The notes: generated by a model from the letters alone, not told the origin. A stretch of DNA of 64,000 nt from Eledone cirrhosa (GCA_964016885.1 OZ024756.1:20274001-20338000); one strand, 5' to 3'; positions 37,158 to 50,720 are shown, numbered from the stretch's first letter. A program made the numbers and translations.

Positions 37158-37715
37158 TGGCGGCGAATAGGCAGTATCGGTAGAGAGTCGGACGCCATGC
37201 TTTGCAGCATAGAGTTACGGCTCTTTATGTTCTGAGTTCAAATCCCACCGAAGTTAACTTTGTCTTTCATCCTTACGACGTTGATAAAATAAAGCTCCAG
37301 TAACACACTGGGGTTGATTTAATCGACTTTCCCCTCCCCCAAATTACTCGCCTTGTGCCTAGACTAGAAATCATTATTATTTTTCAAAGGGCGGTGGATT
37401 GGCAGTATCGGTAGAGGGTCGGACGCCATGCTTTGACGTATAGAGTTACGGCCCTTGCCATTCTGAGTTCAAATCTCGCCGAGGTTAACTTTGCCTTTCA
37501 TCCTTACGGGGTCGATAAAATAAAGTACCAGTAATGCACTGGGTATTTGCTGGCCTTGTGCCAAAACGTAGAAACAATTATTATTTTTCAAATCCTGTCG
37601 AGGCTAGCTTTGCTTTTGTTCTTTAAAATAAAGTACCAGTAACACACTGGGGTCGAGTTAATCAACATTACCCTCCCCCACAAACGGTTGGCCTTGTACC
37701 TATATCAGAAACCAT
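37158..37715 (+). mobile_element. SINE family A cluster, 3 copies
   Basis: A box, GAGTTCAAATC B box, core and tail. Confidence 0.9.
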
Positions 37716-37984
37716 TGTATGTAGAATTATAGATTCGGAAGACGATTCAAATAACGAGCTTTTTTTTTATTTCCACCTCCAACAAAGATATATTACTTTG
37801 TGATAAGGATACGTATCTTAATATGCTGCGTCCCTGCTACCTTCGAAAGATTTCTTTGTATTTTCTTATTCTATTTTATTTCTTCGGTGTCAACCTGCAG
37901 AAATATTTTTTAAATATACATTCGGCATATTTTATTGGTTTTTCTCGTTTCCCGTGCAGCTATAGTCTCACCAGATTGTGGCCT

Positions 37985-38023
37985 TACATACACACGTACG
38001 TACATACACACACACACACACAA

Positions 38024-38055
<32 letters not shown>

Positions 38056-38092
38056 GAATGTACATGTATGTATATGTATATATAAGTATATG

Positions 38093-38150
<58 letters not shown>

Positions 38151-38240
38151 TGTACATGTATGTATATGTATATATAAGTATATGTATGTATATATATATA
38201 TATATATATATACAACAAACATATGTATATATATATAAAC

Positions 38241-38271
<31 letters not shown>

Positions 38272-38275
38272 CATA

Positions 38276-38315
<40 letters not shown>

Positions 38316-38450
38316 AACATATGTATATATATATAAACATATATATATATACATAAACATATGTATATATATAAACATATATATATATATATATATATAC
38401 ATAAACATATGTATATATATAAACATATATATATATACATATACATATGT

Positions 38451-38494
<44 letters not shown>

Positions 38495-38510
38495 GTATAT
38501 ATATATAAAC

Positions 38511-38541
<31 letters not shown>

Positions 38542-38559
38542 CATATGTATATATATATA

Positions 38560-38597
<38 letters not shown>

Positions 38598-38842
38598 AAC
38601 ATATGTATATATATATAAACATATGTATATATATTAGAAAGTGAGGTTTTTTTTAGATGAAAAATAACCGAGGTGTCCTACACGAGTGAAAGTATAAAGA
38701 AAAAAAGATGAAATTGAAAATGCAACTGGAGTCTTATTTTTTTTTTATATATTTATATATATTTTGTTCCTTTACCGGTTTCGCAGTTCTTCTGCTTTTC
38801 AAAAGTAGAGTTGAGATGGAGGGTCTGTGGTTTTTCTCACAT

Positions 38843-38888
<46 letters not shown>

Positions 38889-39392
38889 AACATATGTATA
38901 TACATAAACATTTGTGTATATATAAACATATGTATATATAAACATATTTATATATATAAACATGTATATATATAAACATGTATATATATAAACATATATA
39001 TATATATATATAAACATATGTATATATATAAACATATGTATATATATGTGTGTATATATATATAAACATGTATATATAAACATCTATATATATATAAACA
39101 TATGTATTTATATATAAACATTTGTATATATATAAACATAGGTATGTATGTATATATATATATATATACATATATATGTATATATATGTATATATATACA
39201 TATATATGTATATATATATATACATATATATATACACACAAATATATATATATATACATATATATATATACACACACATATATATATATATACACATATA
39301 TATATATATATACACACATATATACATACATATATATACACACATATATATATATACACACACACATTATATATATATATATATATATATAT
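37985..39392. repeat. Two (TA)n blocks with AAAC interruptions
   Basis: Direct inspection. Confidence 0.95.
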
Positions 39393-39481
39393 CGAAATAA
39401 AAAATATTTCAGTTTCATTGTAGAAACTAAGATATTATTTATATTACTTATAAATAATATCTTAGTTTCTTTTGATTAGAA

Positions 39482-39670
39482 AGGCGGTGGATTGGCAGTA
39501 TCGGTAGAGGGTCGGACGCCATGCTTTGACGCATAGAGTTACGGTCCTTGCCATTCTGAGTTCTTGCCAGCCGAGGTTTACTTTGCCTTTCATCCTTACG
39601 GGGTCGATAAAATAAAGTACCAGTAATGTACTGGGTAATTGCTGGCCTTTTGCCTAAAATAGAAACAATT
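39482..39670 (+). mobile_element. SINE family A copy
   Basis: Full head, core and tail. Confidence 0.9.
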
Positions 39671-39799
39671 ATTTACATTACTTATTTTACCTAAACTAAT
39701 CCTATACAGCTGTTTCGAATTTCAAAGAAAAAAAGGTCCACGAACTACCATGGTTAAAATAAACATGGTGGACCTAGTAAACTTCAAGATAGAGATTCT

Positions 39800-40135
39800 C
39801 CACTCCACACCTGTCCTTATCAACTCTTCTTCATTCTGCCTCCCCTTTTGTTTCTGCTGTCCTTATTTGTGCTTCAGCTCTCGCTGTGGATTCATCTGGG
39901 ATCTTGGCCGGTAGAATGTCGACATGTCTCTTGAAAACATCTACAGGGACACCATGGAGATCTCTCAGACTGGCAGCTTATTAAAAAGGTGGAGAGGGGG
40001 GGGGGGATATCCCTTGAATCCCAGACTATTGCAGTATGTGGTCCTTATTCTTGATGTGACGGGTGGGGCCTTTGGCACTACACAGTGACATCTTGTTTGT
40101 GTGCTGGACCTGCCTTCAATGCCGAAGTTAGGCGT
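39800..40135 (-). pseudogene. CR1/L2-like LINE 3' remnant
   Basis: Frameshifted PNFGI...RIRTTYCNSLGFKG..LFNKLP..LRDLHGVPVDVFKRHVD...IPDE. Confidence 0.7.
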
Positions 40136-40636
40136 TAACTCCACATCTCACCTGCCCGTCGGATACATTACCTTGTTAGTGAAACTATTACTATATAATT
40201 AAGGCAACAAACGTTTTTCATTTGACCTCACAAAAGCCGACTAAACAATAAAAGAAGTTAATGAATAAACCCAAAAAACTATAGTTCCAAACATGAAGCT
40301 TTCGAATAAAGGAATCGGTTCGTTTGAGATTAAGTAAATGATTGCTAATTCTCCTTTCTAAATTTGTATGCTAGCCAGATTGTTGAAGATTGCTGAAGAT
40401 TTTCCAAGATTTCCGAAAATTTCCGAAGATTTCCGAAGATATTCGCTTTTTAAGCTTTTATTTTTCTCTATTGAATCTCTTTCTCTCCCTTTCCCTCTAT
40501 TTTCTCTTTCTCTCCCTTCATTCCTTCGTTTTCTATCTCCCTCTATATTTTCTCTTTCTTTCCCTTTACTCCTTCATTTCCTATTTCTCTCTCTATTTTC
40601 TTTTTCATTCCCTTCATTCCTTCGTTTTTTTCTCTC

Positions 40637-40691
<55 letters not shown>

Positions 40692-41261
40692 TTTTCTTTC
40701 TTTCCCTTCCTCGTTTTCTCTCTATATATGTTCTCTTTCTCTCACTTCCCTCCCCCCATCTCTCTCTCTCCCTCTCTCTCTCTCTCTCTGTCCCTCTGTT
40801 TATTTTCTCTCTCCCATTTTCTCTATTGTCTGTCTCCTCTATCTATCTATCTCGGTATCGTCTCCTCTCTCCCCATCTCTCCCCCTTTCTCTCCCCTTCT
40901 CTCCATCCCCTCCCATCTTCCCCTCCTTCCCCTCTCCGCCCCCTTTCTCTCCCTCTCTCCGCTCCCTCTCTTCCCCTCTCCCTCTCTCTCTCCCTCCTCT
41001 CTGCCCCCTCGCTCCGCCCCCATTTCTCCCCCTCTCTCCCCCACACACATCTAGAAACCAACAACCCCACCAAATTATAGGGACGTTATAGCGAGGAAGA
41101 GAACGAGACAGGACTTGTTAATATAGCTACGTGATTGATACGAAGATATAAATTGAGGATATGAGAAGATATATAACTGACAGTCGCTACTTATTATCTT
41201 ACAATTACATGGCATGTAGTATATACCACACATATACACCATGTGTGGTGTGTGGTATATA

Positions 41262-41306
<45 letters not shown>

Positions 41307-41619
41307 ATTTTTAACCCCGACGGCAGAGCTCAAGTCGTTTCGACGGCTATTTCTGGACTGAAAAAGCCGTCGAAACGGCTTGAGCTCTGCCTACGGAGTT
41401 AAACATTTTCTTATTACCCACTCTACTACCCTAAGTATTGAGTACTCTGGTGCGTTATGGTCCATCTGGTTCCTTACCACACTTCCTTCGTTATATATAT
41501 ATAAGAGTTTAAATGAGTCGATAATTCAATCATATAAAGGCAAAGACCATTTTAAAGCTCAATCTGATTTTATAGTCCACAGCAAAATAGGTAAGAGACA
41601 GTTCAGAGTTTAATCCAAT

Positions 41620-41960
41620 CTAAGCCTAGCGAAGCCGAAGGTGCTGAAGACCGAGCGGTCGTCGGCACCGAGGCCAGGAAATTGGAGCTTCCTGAAGCCA
41701 AGGACGCCGAGAACGAACGGTTGTGTCAAAGGCGAGCTAGGCAGAGCCTAGTGAAGCCCATGGGCACCGAGGCCGAACGGTCAGGTCCAAGGCGAGTGAG
41801 GCAGAACTTTGCGAAGCCAGAAGACGCTGACGACGGAACGGTCGAGTCCAAGGCGAGTGAGGCAGAACCTAGCGAAGCCAGAAGACTCTGACGAGGGAAT
41901 GGTTGAGTCCTAGGCGAGTGAGGCAGAACCTAATGAAGCCAGGAGACGCTGACGACTAAA
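41620..41960. repeat. GC-rich about 60-bp tandem repeat, 5-6 diverged copies
   Basis: Recurrent GAAGCC..AAGACGCTGACGA..GAACGG..GAGTCCAAGGCGAGTGAGGCAGAAC. Confidence 0.85.
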
Positions 41961-42310
41961 CGGATCTAGCTGTCGAAACAGCCGGAGCTCAACCGTCGGG
42001 GTCCTGACTCTTTTTCTATTACCCACTCTACTACCCTAAGTATTGATACTCTGATGCGTTATGGCCCACCTTGTATCTTACCACACCCTCTTTGTATATA
42101 TATATATATATATATATAGTTCAAGGAAACGATAAAACAGAGGTACAAAAAGTCTTATAACTTTCACGCTTTACACGGAAAAGAGGAAAGAAAGTTCGAC
42201 GTGCCGTGGCTTGTTAGCTTCATGGCTGATCGGTTATCTGAGTATCTAAAGTTCTTTAAACCGGCATCCCGACATACATACATACATACATACATACATA
42301 CATACATACA

Positions 42311-42342
<32 letters not shown>

Positions 42343-42649
42343 GCATAGATAGAGTTCGATAACCAAGATCCCAGACATCGTTCGCTTACCGAGTAGCATG
42401 GAACTCGTCAAATCAGACCAAGGAAACAATGTTTTCATTGGTCTTTCCGTCGCTGATACTATCGACCTGTGGTAACTCCTGACAGAAGGAGCAATTTAAA
42501 ATAAAGTCTCTTGTTCAAAGACATAATGCATCGGCCTAGATAAATAATGAATATTTTATGAACAACACTCCGTATATATGAACATCTAAGTTACAACTAA
42601 TGATCACAAGCCTTACTTTAAAGATGAAGTCAACTGCAAATATTTAAAC

Positions 42650-43726
42650 CAGGGGTGTGCAACATATTCTATTGACGGGCCACTTTTGAACATTGGAATA
42701 ACTATTAGGGCCATTAATATTTATTAAGCACTATTCCAAAGATTCACCACAACTTCTTTCCATAACATGGAACTGGGAAATTATAAAACACATAACCCTA
42801 TCAGTGAAGCCCTTTAGTATAGGTCAACTGGGAAATTATAACACACACAACCCTATCAGTGAAGCCCTTTAGTATAGGTCAACTGGGAAATTATAACACA
42901 CACAACCCTATCAGTGAAGCCCTTTAGTATAGGTCAACTGGGAAACTATAACACACACAACCCTATCAGTGAAGCCCTTTAGTATAGGTCAACTGGGAAA
43001 CTATAACACACACAACCCTATCGGTGAAGCCCTTTAGTATAGGTCAACTGGGAAATTATAACACACACAACCCTATCAGTGAAGCCCTTTAGTATAGGTC
43101 AACTGGGAAACTATAACACACATAACCCTATGAGTGAAGCCCTTTAGTATAGGTCAACTGGGAAACTATAACACACACAACCCTATCAGTGAAGCCCTTT
43201 AGTATAGGTCAACTGGGAAACTATAACACACACAACCCTATCAGTGAAGCCCTTTAGTATAGGTCAACTGGGAAACTATAACACACATAACCCTATCAGT
43301 GAAGCCCTTTAGTATAGGTCAACTGGGAAACTATAACACACACAACCCTATCAGTGAAGCCCTTTAGTATAGGTCAACTGGGAAACTATAACACACACAA
43401 CCCTATCAGTGAAGCCCTTTAGTATAGGTCAACTGGGAAACTATAACACACATAACCCTATCAGTGAAGCCCTTTAGTATAGGTCAACTGGGAAACTATA
43501 ACACACATAACCCTATCAGTGAAGCCCTTTAGTATAAGTCAACTGGGAAACTATAACACACATAACCCTATCAGTGAAGCCCTAACTAACAGAAAATTGT
43601 ATTACGGTTTCGAAAAAAATTCTAAATAAGCCTACAAGGTAAAAATTAAAAACGGTCATCGCGGGCCACTCTGATTGGTCTGGCGGGCCGGATTGTGGCC
43701 CGCGGGTCGCCTGTTGCTCGCCCCTG
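42650..43726. mobile_element. hAT-type non-autonomous element containing an internal minisatellite
   Basis: TIR CAGGGGTGTGCAAC/GTTGCTCGCCCCTG; perfect 8-bp TSD ATTTAAAC; subterminal GCGGGCC/GGCCCGC motifs. Confidence 0.92.
42771..43583. repeat. 55-bp minisatellite, about 14.8 nearly identical copies
   Basis: Unit AACTGGGAAACTATAACACACACAACCCTATCAGTGAAGCCCTTTAGTATAGGTC, no spacers. Confidence 0.98.
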
Positions 43727-44250
43727 ATTTAAACCAATATTTGAAGTTCCATCTTTAGTGGATTGTCAAAAGTTCTCAAGGTGAACCAAAGTGTCACAGT
43801 ATGTGTTACAAGACTGTCTCCCTCCACCCACCTTAAATTACAGCTACAACACACTTTTGTCAGCTGAGTGGAACCAGATGAAATAAAGTGGGAATCGAAC
43901 TCACACTCTTGATTGAGAGACGGTTGCGAGCCGGACAGGTTAACCACTACGCCTGGCATTTCCACTGACCCGGCTGTAATCTGATAACTGCTCACCTAGT
44001 CAGTCCAGTGAACAAACACAAGTCTTTAATACTAATTGCGTGCGTACATGTGTGTGTATGTGTATGTGTACGTGCGTCCATGTGTGTGTGTGTGTGCGTG
44101 CGTACATGTGTGTATGTGTGATACAAAAATATATTGACTTACGCAAAGACACGAACGCAGCGGACAACGCACAGAAGCATAGACACGCATGCACGCACTC
44201 TCATACATTCACACTACGTAACCTACGCAGACACTGACGCGGTAACGGGC

Positions 44251-44343
<93 letters not shown>

Positions 44344-44388
44344 TGAATATATACACATATATATATATGTATATATATATATATACAC

Positions 44389-44419
<31 letters not shown>

Positions 44420-44779
44420 TAATATATATATACATATATATAGAGATACATATGTGTGTGGGTGTGCGTATATATATATGTGTGTGTGTGTGTACCATTG
44501 TATGTATGTATGTATGTATGTATGTATGTACGTATATGTGTGTGTATACACCAGAGTTACTGTGTGTCTGAAAGATATTTTGTTAGTTCTTAAAGTGAGA
44601 ACACAGTAGAAACACAGACTAAACATGGCGGAGAGTCTAAAGACATTGACAAGACTGTAATTAAAATGTTAGAGACGACCAGTTGTAACCAGGATTATCT
44701 CTGATAAACACAATTTAATTAACATCTTTCCCACTCAATTAAAATGTTTAGCTTATCAGCGAGTCGTTCTAGACGTCCT

Positions 44780-46040
44780 ACTTCTTTCTTGTCTTCTTCT
44801 TCTTTGCCTTTGTCTTCTTTGCCTTCTTCTTCTTTGCCTTTGTCTTCTTTGCCTTCTTCTTCTTTGCCTTTGTCTTCTTTGCCTTCTTCTTCTTTGCCTT
44901 CTTCTCCTTTGCCTTCTTCTCCTTTGCCTTCTTCTTCTTTGCCTTCTTCTTCTTTGCCTTTGTCTTCTTTGCCTTCTTCTTCTTTGCCTTTGTCTTCTTT
45001 GCCTTCTTCTTCTTTGCCTTCTTCTCCTTTGCCTTCTTCTTCTTTGCCTTTGTCTTCTTTGCCTTCTTCTTCTTTGCCTTTGTCTTCTTTGCCTTCTTCT
45101 TCTTTGCCTTCTTCTCCTTTGCCTTCTTCTTCTTTGCTTTTGTCTTCTTTGCCTTCTTCTTTGCCTTTGTCTTCTTTGCCTTCTTCTTCTTTGCCTTTGT
45201 CTTCTTTGCCTTCTTCTTCTTTGCCTTCTTCTCCTTTGCCTTCTTCTTCTTTGCCTTTGTCTTCTTTGCCTTCTTCTTCTTTGCCTTTGTCTTCTTTGCC
45301 TTCTTCTTCTTTGCCTTTGTCTTCTTTGCCTTCTTCTTCTTTGCCTTCTTCTCCTTTGCCTTCTTCTTCTTTGCCTTTGTCTTCTTTGCCTTCTTCTTCT
45401 TTGCCTTTGTCTTCTTTGCCTTCTTCTTCTTTGCCTTTGTCTTCTTTGCCTTCTTCTTCTTTGCCTTCTTCTCTTTTGCCTTCTTCTTCTTTGCCTTTGT
45501 CTTCTTTGCCTTCTTCTTCTTTGCCTTTGTCTTCTTTGCCTTCTTCTTCTTTGCCTTCTTCTCCTTTGCCTTCTTCTTCTTTGCCTTCTTCTTCTTTGCC
45601 TTTGTCTTCTTTGCCTTCTTCTTTGCCTTCTTCTCCTTTGCCTTCTTCTTCTTTGCCTTCTTCTTCTTTGCCTTCTTCTTCTTTGCTTTCTTCTTTACCT
45701 TCTTCTTCCTTCTATGAATTATTTTTCTTCTTCTTTGCCTTCTTCTTCTTTGCCTTCTTCTTCTTTGCCTTCTTCTTCTTTGCTTTCTTCTTCTTTGCCT
45801 TTGTCTTCTTTGCCTTCTTCTTTGCCTTCTTCTCCTTTGCCTTCTTCTTCTTTGCCTTCTTCTTCTTTGCCTTCTTCTTCTTTGCTTTCTTCTTTACCTT
45901 CTTCTTCCTTCTATGAATTATTTTTCTTCTTTGTCTTCTTCTTATTTGCCTTCTTCTTCTTTGCCTTCTTCTTCGCCTTTTTCTTCTTCTTCTTCTTCTT
46001 CTTCTTCTTCTTTGCCTTCTTCTCCTTTGCCTTCTCCTTC
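44780..46040. repeat. 15-bp pyrimidine-rich satellite (TTGCCTTCTTCTTCT and variants)
   Basis: Direct inspection. Confidence 0.95.
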
Positions 46041-46411
46041 TTTGTGTGAAATCATTATTATTCCTCTTCTTCTTTTTCTTCTACTTCTTCTTTGCCTTCT
46101 TCTTTTTCTTCTTCACCATCTCTGCCTTCTTATTATTTCTTCTTTTTCTCCTTCATATGATAGTTGCTAGTTAGTCCTTCAGTCTAATGAGAATCTGTGA
46201 TTAATTTTTTTATACTAGTGATTGTCGTTGGTGGTGGTGGTGGTGGTGGTGGATGATTTATTTTGAACGAAACAGTTCTACTCCTGTAGAAGCCATTTCT
46301 ATATTAAACATGATGTTTACACTCTACTAATGTATTGAGTACAGAGCTCAAGCCGTTTCGACGGCTATTTCTGAGTCCAGCTTGAGCTCTGCCGTCGGGG
46401 TTAAACATTTT

Positions 46412-46458
<47 letters not shown>

Positions 46459-46563
46459 CGAAATTGGAAATATGGACAGAATCACCTCTCTCCAAATTTT
46501 TCCTTCTCCAGATTTACTCTATCCGATTTTCTCCTTTATCATTTATAATGATCGACTGTTATA

Positions 46564-46642
<79 letters not shown>

Positions 46643-46976
46643 TATGCCTCTATATATATATATATATATATATATAGGAAAATATTTAGCCCCGACGGCA
46701 GAGCTCAAGCCGTTTCGACGGCTATTTCTGAGTCCAGAAATAGCCGTCGAAATTACCCACTCTACTACTAGTATTGAGTACTCTGGTGCGTTATGGTCCA
46801 TCTGGTTCCTTGCCACACTTCCTTCGTTATATATATATATATGTAGATAAATCTACCAAGAGTTTACGGTAGTGTCCAATCCGTATGAAGAACTCAATGT
46901 AATCCGGATATCATGGAAAGAAGAGATGCAATGAAAAATCACTTTCGGTGAAAGATAAACGGAATACAGAGTCAAG

Positions 46977-47388
46977 ATAAAATATTTAAAAAATAATGAA
47001 TAAAACAATGAAACAGTTCCTTATATTAAACAAAAAAGTTCATTATTTAACGATCGTTTCTAGGATATATATGTGTTAGAATTGGCATGCATATTCAACA
47101 GATCTATGTACAAAATTATACAAAATTATACAAACTATCAAGATTAAATATACATACCAACACATATATATGCCGTCTTCAGAAATATTTCTGAAGACGG
47201 CATATATATGTGTTGGTATGTATATTTAATTTTGATAGTTTGTATAATTTTGTATAATTTTGTACATAGATCTGTTGAATATGCATGCCAATTCTAACAC
47301 ATATATATCCTAGAAACGATCGTTAAATAATGAACTTTTTTTGTTTAATATAAGGAACTGTTTCATTGTTTTATTCATTATTTTTTTA

Positions 47389-47397
<9 letters not shown>
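46977..47397. repeat. About 420-bp near-perfect palindrome centred at 47186/47187, carrying two inverted hammerheads
   Basis: Centre GTCTTCAGAAAT|ATTTCTGAAGAC with no spacer; arms differ by a few substitutions or indels. Confidence 0.97.
47186..47329 (+). ncRNA. Type I hammerhead with about 115-nt stem II (mirror copy on minus strand at about 47044-47187)
   Basis: TATTT/AAATA stem I, CTGAAGA, 13-bp helix ATATATATGTGTT/AACACATATATAT, GAAAC-GATC-GTT; base of stem II is imperfect. Confidence 0.75.
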
Positions 47398-47433
<36 letters not shown>

Positions 47434-47729
47434 GTAGGACACTGGAAGGTAATATCCGCAGTAGTTTCATGGAACTATATATATATAGTTCAAGTTTACA
47501 AAAGACTTGTGAGTTTCTTTTATAAGATTGTGTACTTAAATATACTAAACCTATACTGAATAAAGGATTGCTGTTTATACATGTCTAAGATCGATTAAAT
47601 CGACTTGGCCGTCCCCCTTAATTTTTGGCCCCGTGTCAGTGTTAGAAACGTTTATTTAGAAATGTTTATTTCAAAGTTTCGCCGATATTGGCTTCTCAAA
47701 ACACCAAGTATCGGCGACACTTTGAAGTC

Positions 47730-48770
47730 TTCTTTTTCTTCTTCTTCTTCTTCTTCTTCTTCTTCTTCTTCTTCTTCTTCTTCTTCTTCTTCTTCTTCGT
47801 CCACTTATTCCTCAGAGGGTCGTGGGGGCAAAGCCCTCAAACACTCCTTCCAGCGGGTCCTGTCAGAAACAACCGTCTCCAACTGATCCGGTTGGATCCC
47901 CAAGCGAGACCAGTCAAGGCTCATGGATCTTATCCAACCATCTTGCTCGGGGTCTACCCCTGGGTCTCTTGCCGGTTGGTTTTGTCCGTAAAATCTGTCC
48001 AGCGGTTCTTTCCTGAGACATTCTAACCACATGCCCATAGTATTGGAGCTGTGATCTCTCAATTTGGAGAAGTAGTGGCTCTACCTGGAGTGACTCTCTG
48101 ATCTCCGAGCTACAGATCTGTCCAGCGATTCTTTCCAGAGATATTCTAACCACATGCCCATAGTATTGGAGCTGTGATCTCTCAATTCAGAGAAGTAAAG
48201 GCTCTACCTGGAGTGACTCTCTGATCTCCGAGCTCCAGATCTGTCCAGCGATTCTTTCCTGAGACATTCTAAACACATGCCCATAGTATTGGAGCTGTGA
48301 TCTCTCAATTCAGAGAAGTAAAGGCTCTACCTGGAGTGACTCTCTGATCTCCGAGCTACAGATCTGTCCAGCGATTCTTTCCTGAGACATTCTAAACACA
48401 TGCCCATAGTATTGGAGCTGTGATCTCTCAATTCAGAGAAGTAAAGGTTCTCCCTGGAGTGACTCTCTGATCTCCGAGCTCCAGATCTGTCCAGCGATTC
48501 TTTCCTGAGACATTCTAAACACATGCCCATAGTATTGGAGCTGTGATCTCTCAATTCAGAGAAGTAAAGGCTCTACCTGGAGTGACTCTCTGATCTCCGA
48601 GCTCCAGATCTGTCCAGCGATTCTTTCCTGAGACATTCTAAACACATGCCCATAGTATCGGAGCTGTGATCTCTCAATTCGGAGAAGTAGTGGCTCTACC
48701 TGGAGTGACTCTCTGATCTCCGAGCTACGCACATTATCGAGTAACGTTACTCCAAACTTTGCAGTAAACA
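47730..48770 (-). mobile_element. RTE-clade LINE 3' end with (GAA)n tail
   Basis: Minus-strand peptides GVTLLDNVRSSEIRE, IERSQLQYYGHVVRM, GKRPRGRPRARWLD, DRTRWKECL, then stop and GAA repeat. Confidence 0.9.
47992..48728. repeat. 123-bp tandem repeat x6 derived from the LINE ORF
   Basis: CTGTCCAGCG recurs at 47995, 48118, 48241, 48364, 48487 and 48610. Confidence 0.97.
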
Positions 48771-48788
48771 GTCAACTATATATATATA

Positions 48789-49018
48789 AAGGGTGTTTCA
48801 AAAAATGAAATATCATCAAAAAATTTAATATCATTTGAGATGTAAATATCCCAGAAACTAGAAGGTCTAGGACGACGAGACTAAGCAGGCTCCATGTTGA
48901 GTAACACAAGATTTATTCCTCAAAACATGTCCACGTTATAAGATTAATTCACAATATATATTTCAGTGTGTCAACCTTGGGAATAGGCCATTGATGTCAC
49001 ATTTTTTTAAACACCCTG
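48789..49018. mobile_element. Tc1/mariner-type MITE
   Basis: TA-AAGGGTGTTTCAAAAAATG ... CATTTTTTTAAACACCCTG-TA. Confidence 0.75.
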
Positions 49019-49126
<108 letters not shown>

Positions 49127-49337
49127 TGTGTGTGTGACTAATTCCGTATAACCCTTTTCGTACCAGCACTCCTTGTCCCGCCCTGGTTTTTCTGATACAA
49201 CATTTTAAAACCAACTAATTAATATGTTCATACATGATATGTAGATTGCCGAGTTGTGTTCGGAGGTAAACACAGATTAAAAAAGTACTCAATACATTGG
49301 TAGAGTACAGGCAGATTTTATTTCATATAGAAATGGC

Positions 49338-49382
49338 TTCTACTAGACTAGAACTGTTTCATTTGTATGAAATCATCAGGAA
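49338..49382 (-). ncRNA. Type I hammerhead ribozyme, same family as 22673-22721
   Basis: Minus strand TTC-CTGATGA-tttcatacaaat-GAAAC-agttctagtcta-GTA-GAA; lies between two direct repeats of the family body (about 49240-49332 and 49390-49495). Confidence 0.65.
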
Positions 49383-49560
49383 TATTCTATGTAGATTCTT
49401 GAGTTGTGTCGTGGGGGGGGGGGGGGGTAACCACAGTTAAGAAAAGTACTCAATACATTGGTAGAGTATAGGCATTTTTTTTATTTTATATAGAAATTAA
49501 ACAGTTCTAGTCCTGTAGAAGTCATATCTATATAAAATAAAATATATGCATACATATTAC

Positions 49561-49917
49561 CCCTTTAGCATTTAAACCGGCCACATCCGGCTCTTTCTGT
49601 TCAAACCAGTTGTAACCAGCCACTCATACTTATATTAAGGTGTTGTTCTCAAAATAAATAACATCAAAAGCTTGTAGATATGATATTATGTGAGATAATT
49701 ATGTGAGATAAAGCCTTTACCACAAAAATACAATAGTGAATATAATGTAATTTCTTCCATCACAATTTTATTCAAGAAGTGTTTGCTAAGTTGTGTTTCA
49801 ACCCCCAGAATACTAATGAACAGGTTAATTATCTTGTTAAATTCTTAAAATTTTCAAAAATTAATTAATAAGCATAGGTAGTGTATTTCCTTAGAAATGC
49901 AGTCACAAAAGAAAGAG
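49561..49917. mobile_element. Second, longer member of the TTAA MITE family
   Basis: 49561-49750 is the reverse-complement homolog of 27465-27653; right end is degenerate. Confidence 0.6.
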
Positions 49918-50192
49918 TTAACGGCAATGAAGTTTTTTCAGCTGACTTACTTATTATACAAGCGAATTGAAAAGCTTAAATGCCCCGAAGAGTAATACAA
50001 GCAACCATTTCTATGTAAACCAAAATGTAATAAATTTCACGACTCCAGCTGTTACATAGAAGTCCGACATATTATAAATGCCAGTCATGACAGCACATTA
50101 TAATACACAACAACAACAACTCTATAGAAAAAAACCTTAGTGAGTAAAACTTATTATTAGTCTAAATAGAATTCCACATAGAATTTATTTTT

Positions 50193-50720
50193 AGTAATGC
50201 ACTGGAATAATTGCTGGCCTTGTGCCAAATGTTGAAACAATTATTAGTGGATTGGCTTAGGGCGGTGGATTGGCAGTATAGGTAGAGGGTCGGACGCCAT
50301 GCTTTGCAGCAAAGAGTTACGGCCCTTTATGGTTTGAGTTCAAATCCCGCCGAGGTTAACTTTGCCTTTCATCCTTACGGGGTAGTCGATAAAATAAAGT
50401 ACCAGTAATACAGTGGGATAATTGCTGGCCTTGTGCCAGAAGTAGAAACAATTATTATTATATTATTATTTGGCCGGTGTTTATCCCGGTTTCATGGCGT
50501 GAAGCGATTGAGAGTACAAGACTTCCCCATGGACAGGACGCTAGTCCATCGCAGGTTTAACCTGCCAACTATTGCTGAGTTCAAATCTCGCCGAGGTTAA
50601 CTTTGCCTTTTATCCTTACGGGATCGATAAAGGTACCAGTAATGCACTAGAGTCGATTTAATCGAATTCCCCCCCCCCCCCCCCCCAATTACTGGCCTTG
50701 TGCCTATACTAGAAATCATT
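50193..50720 (+). mobile_element. SINE family A cluster
   Basis: Full copy 50260-50455 plus two partial copies. Confidence 0.88.

Noticed and set aside
44744-45916. 390-aa Ser/Leu/Pro ORF
   Set aside because: Read-through of a 15-bp pyrimidine satellite; no unique coding flank or splice support
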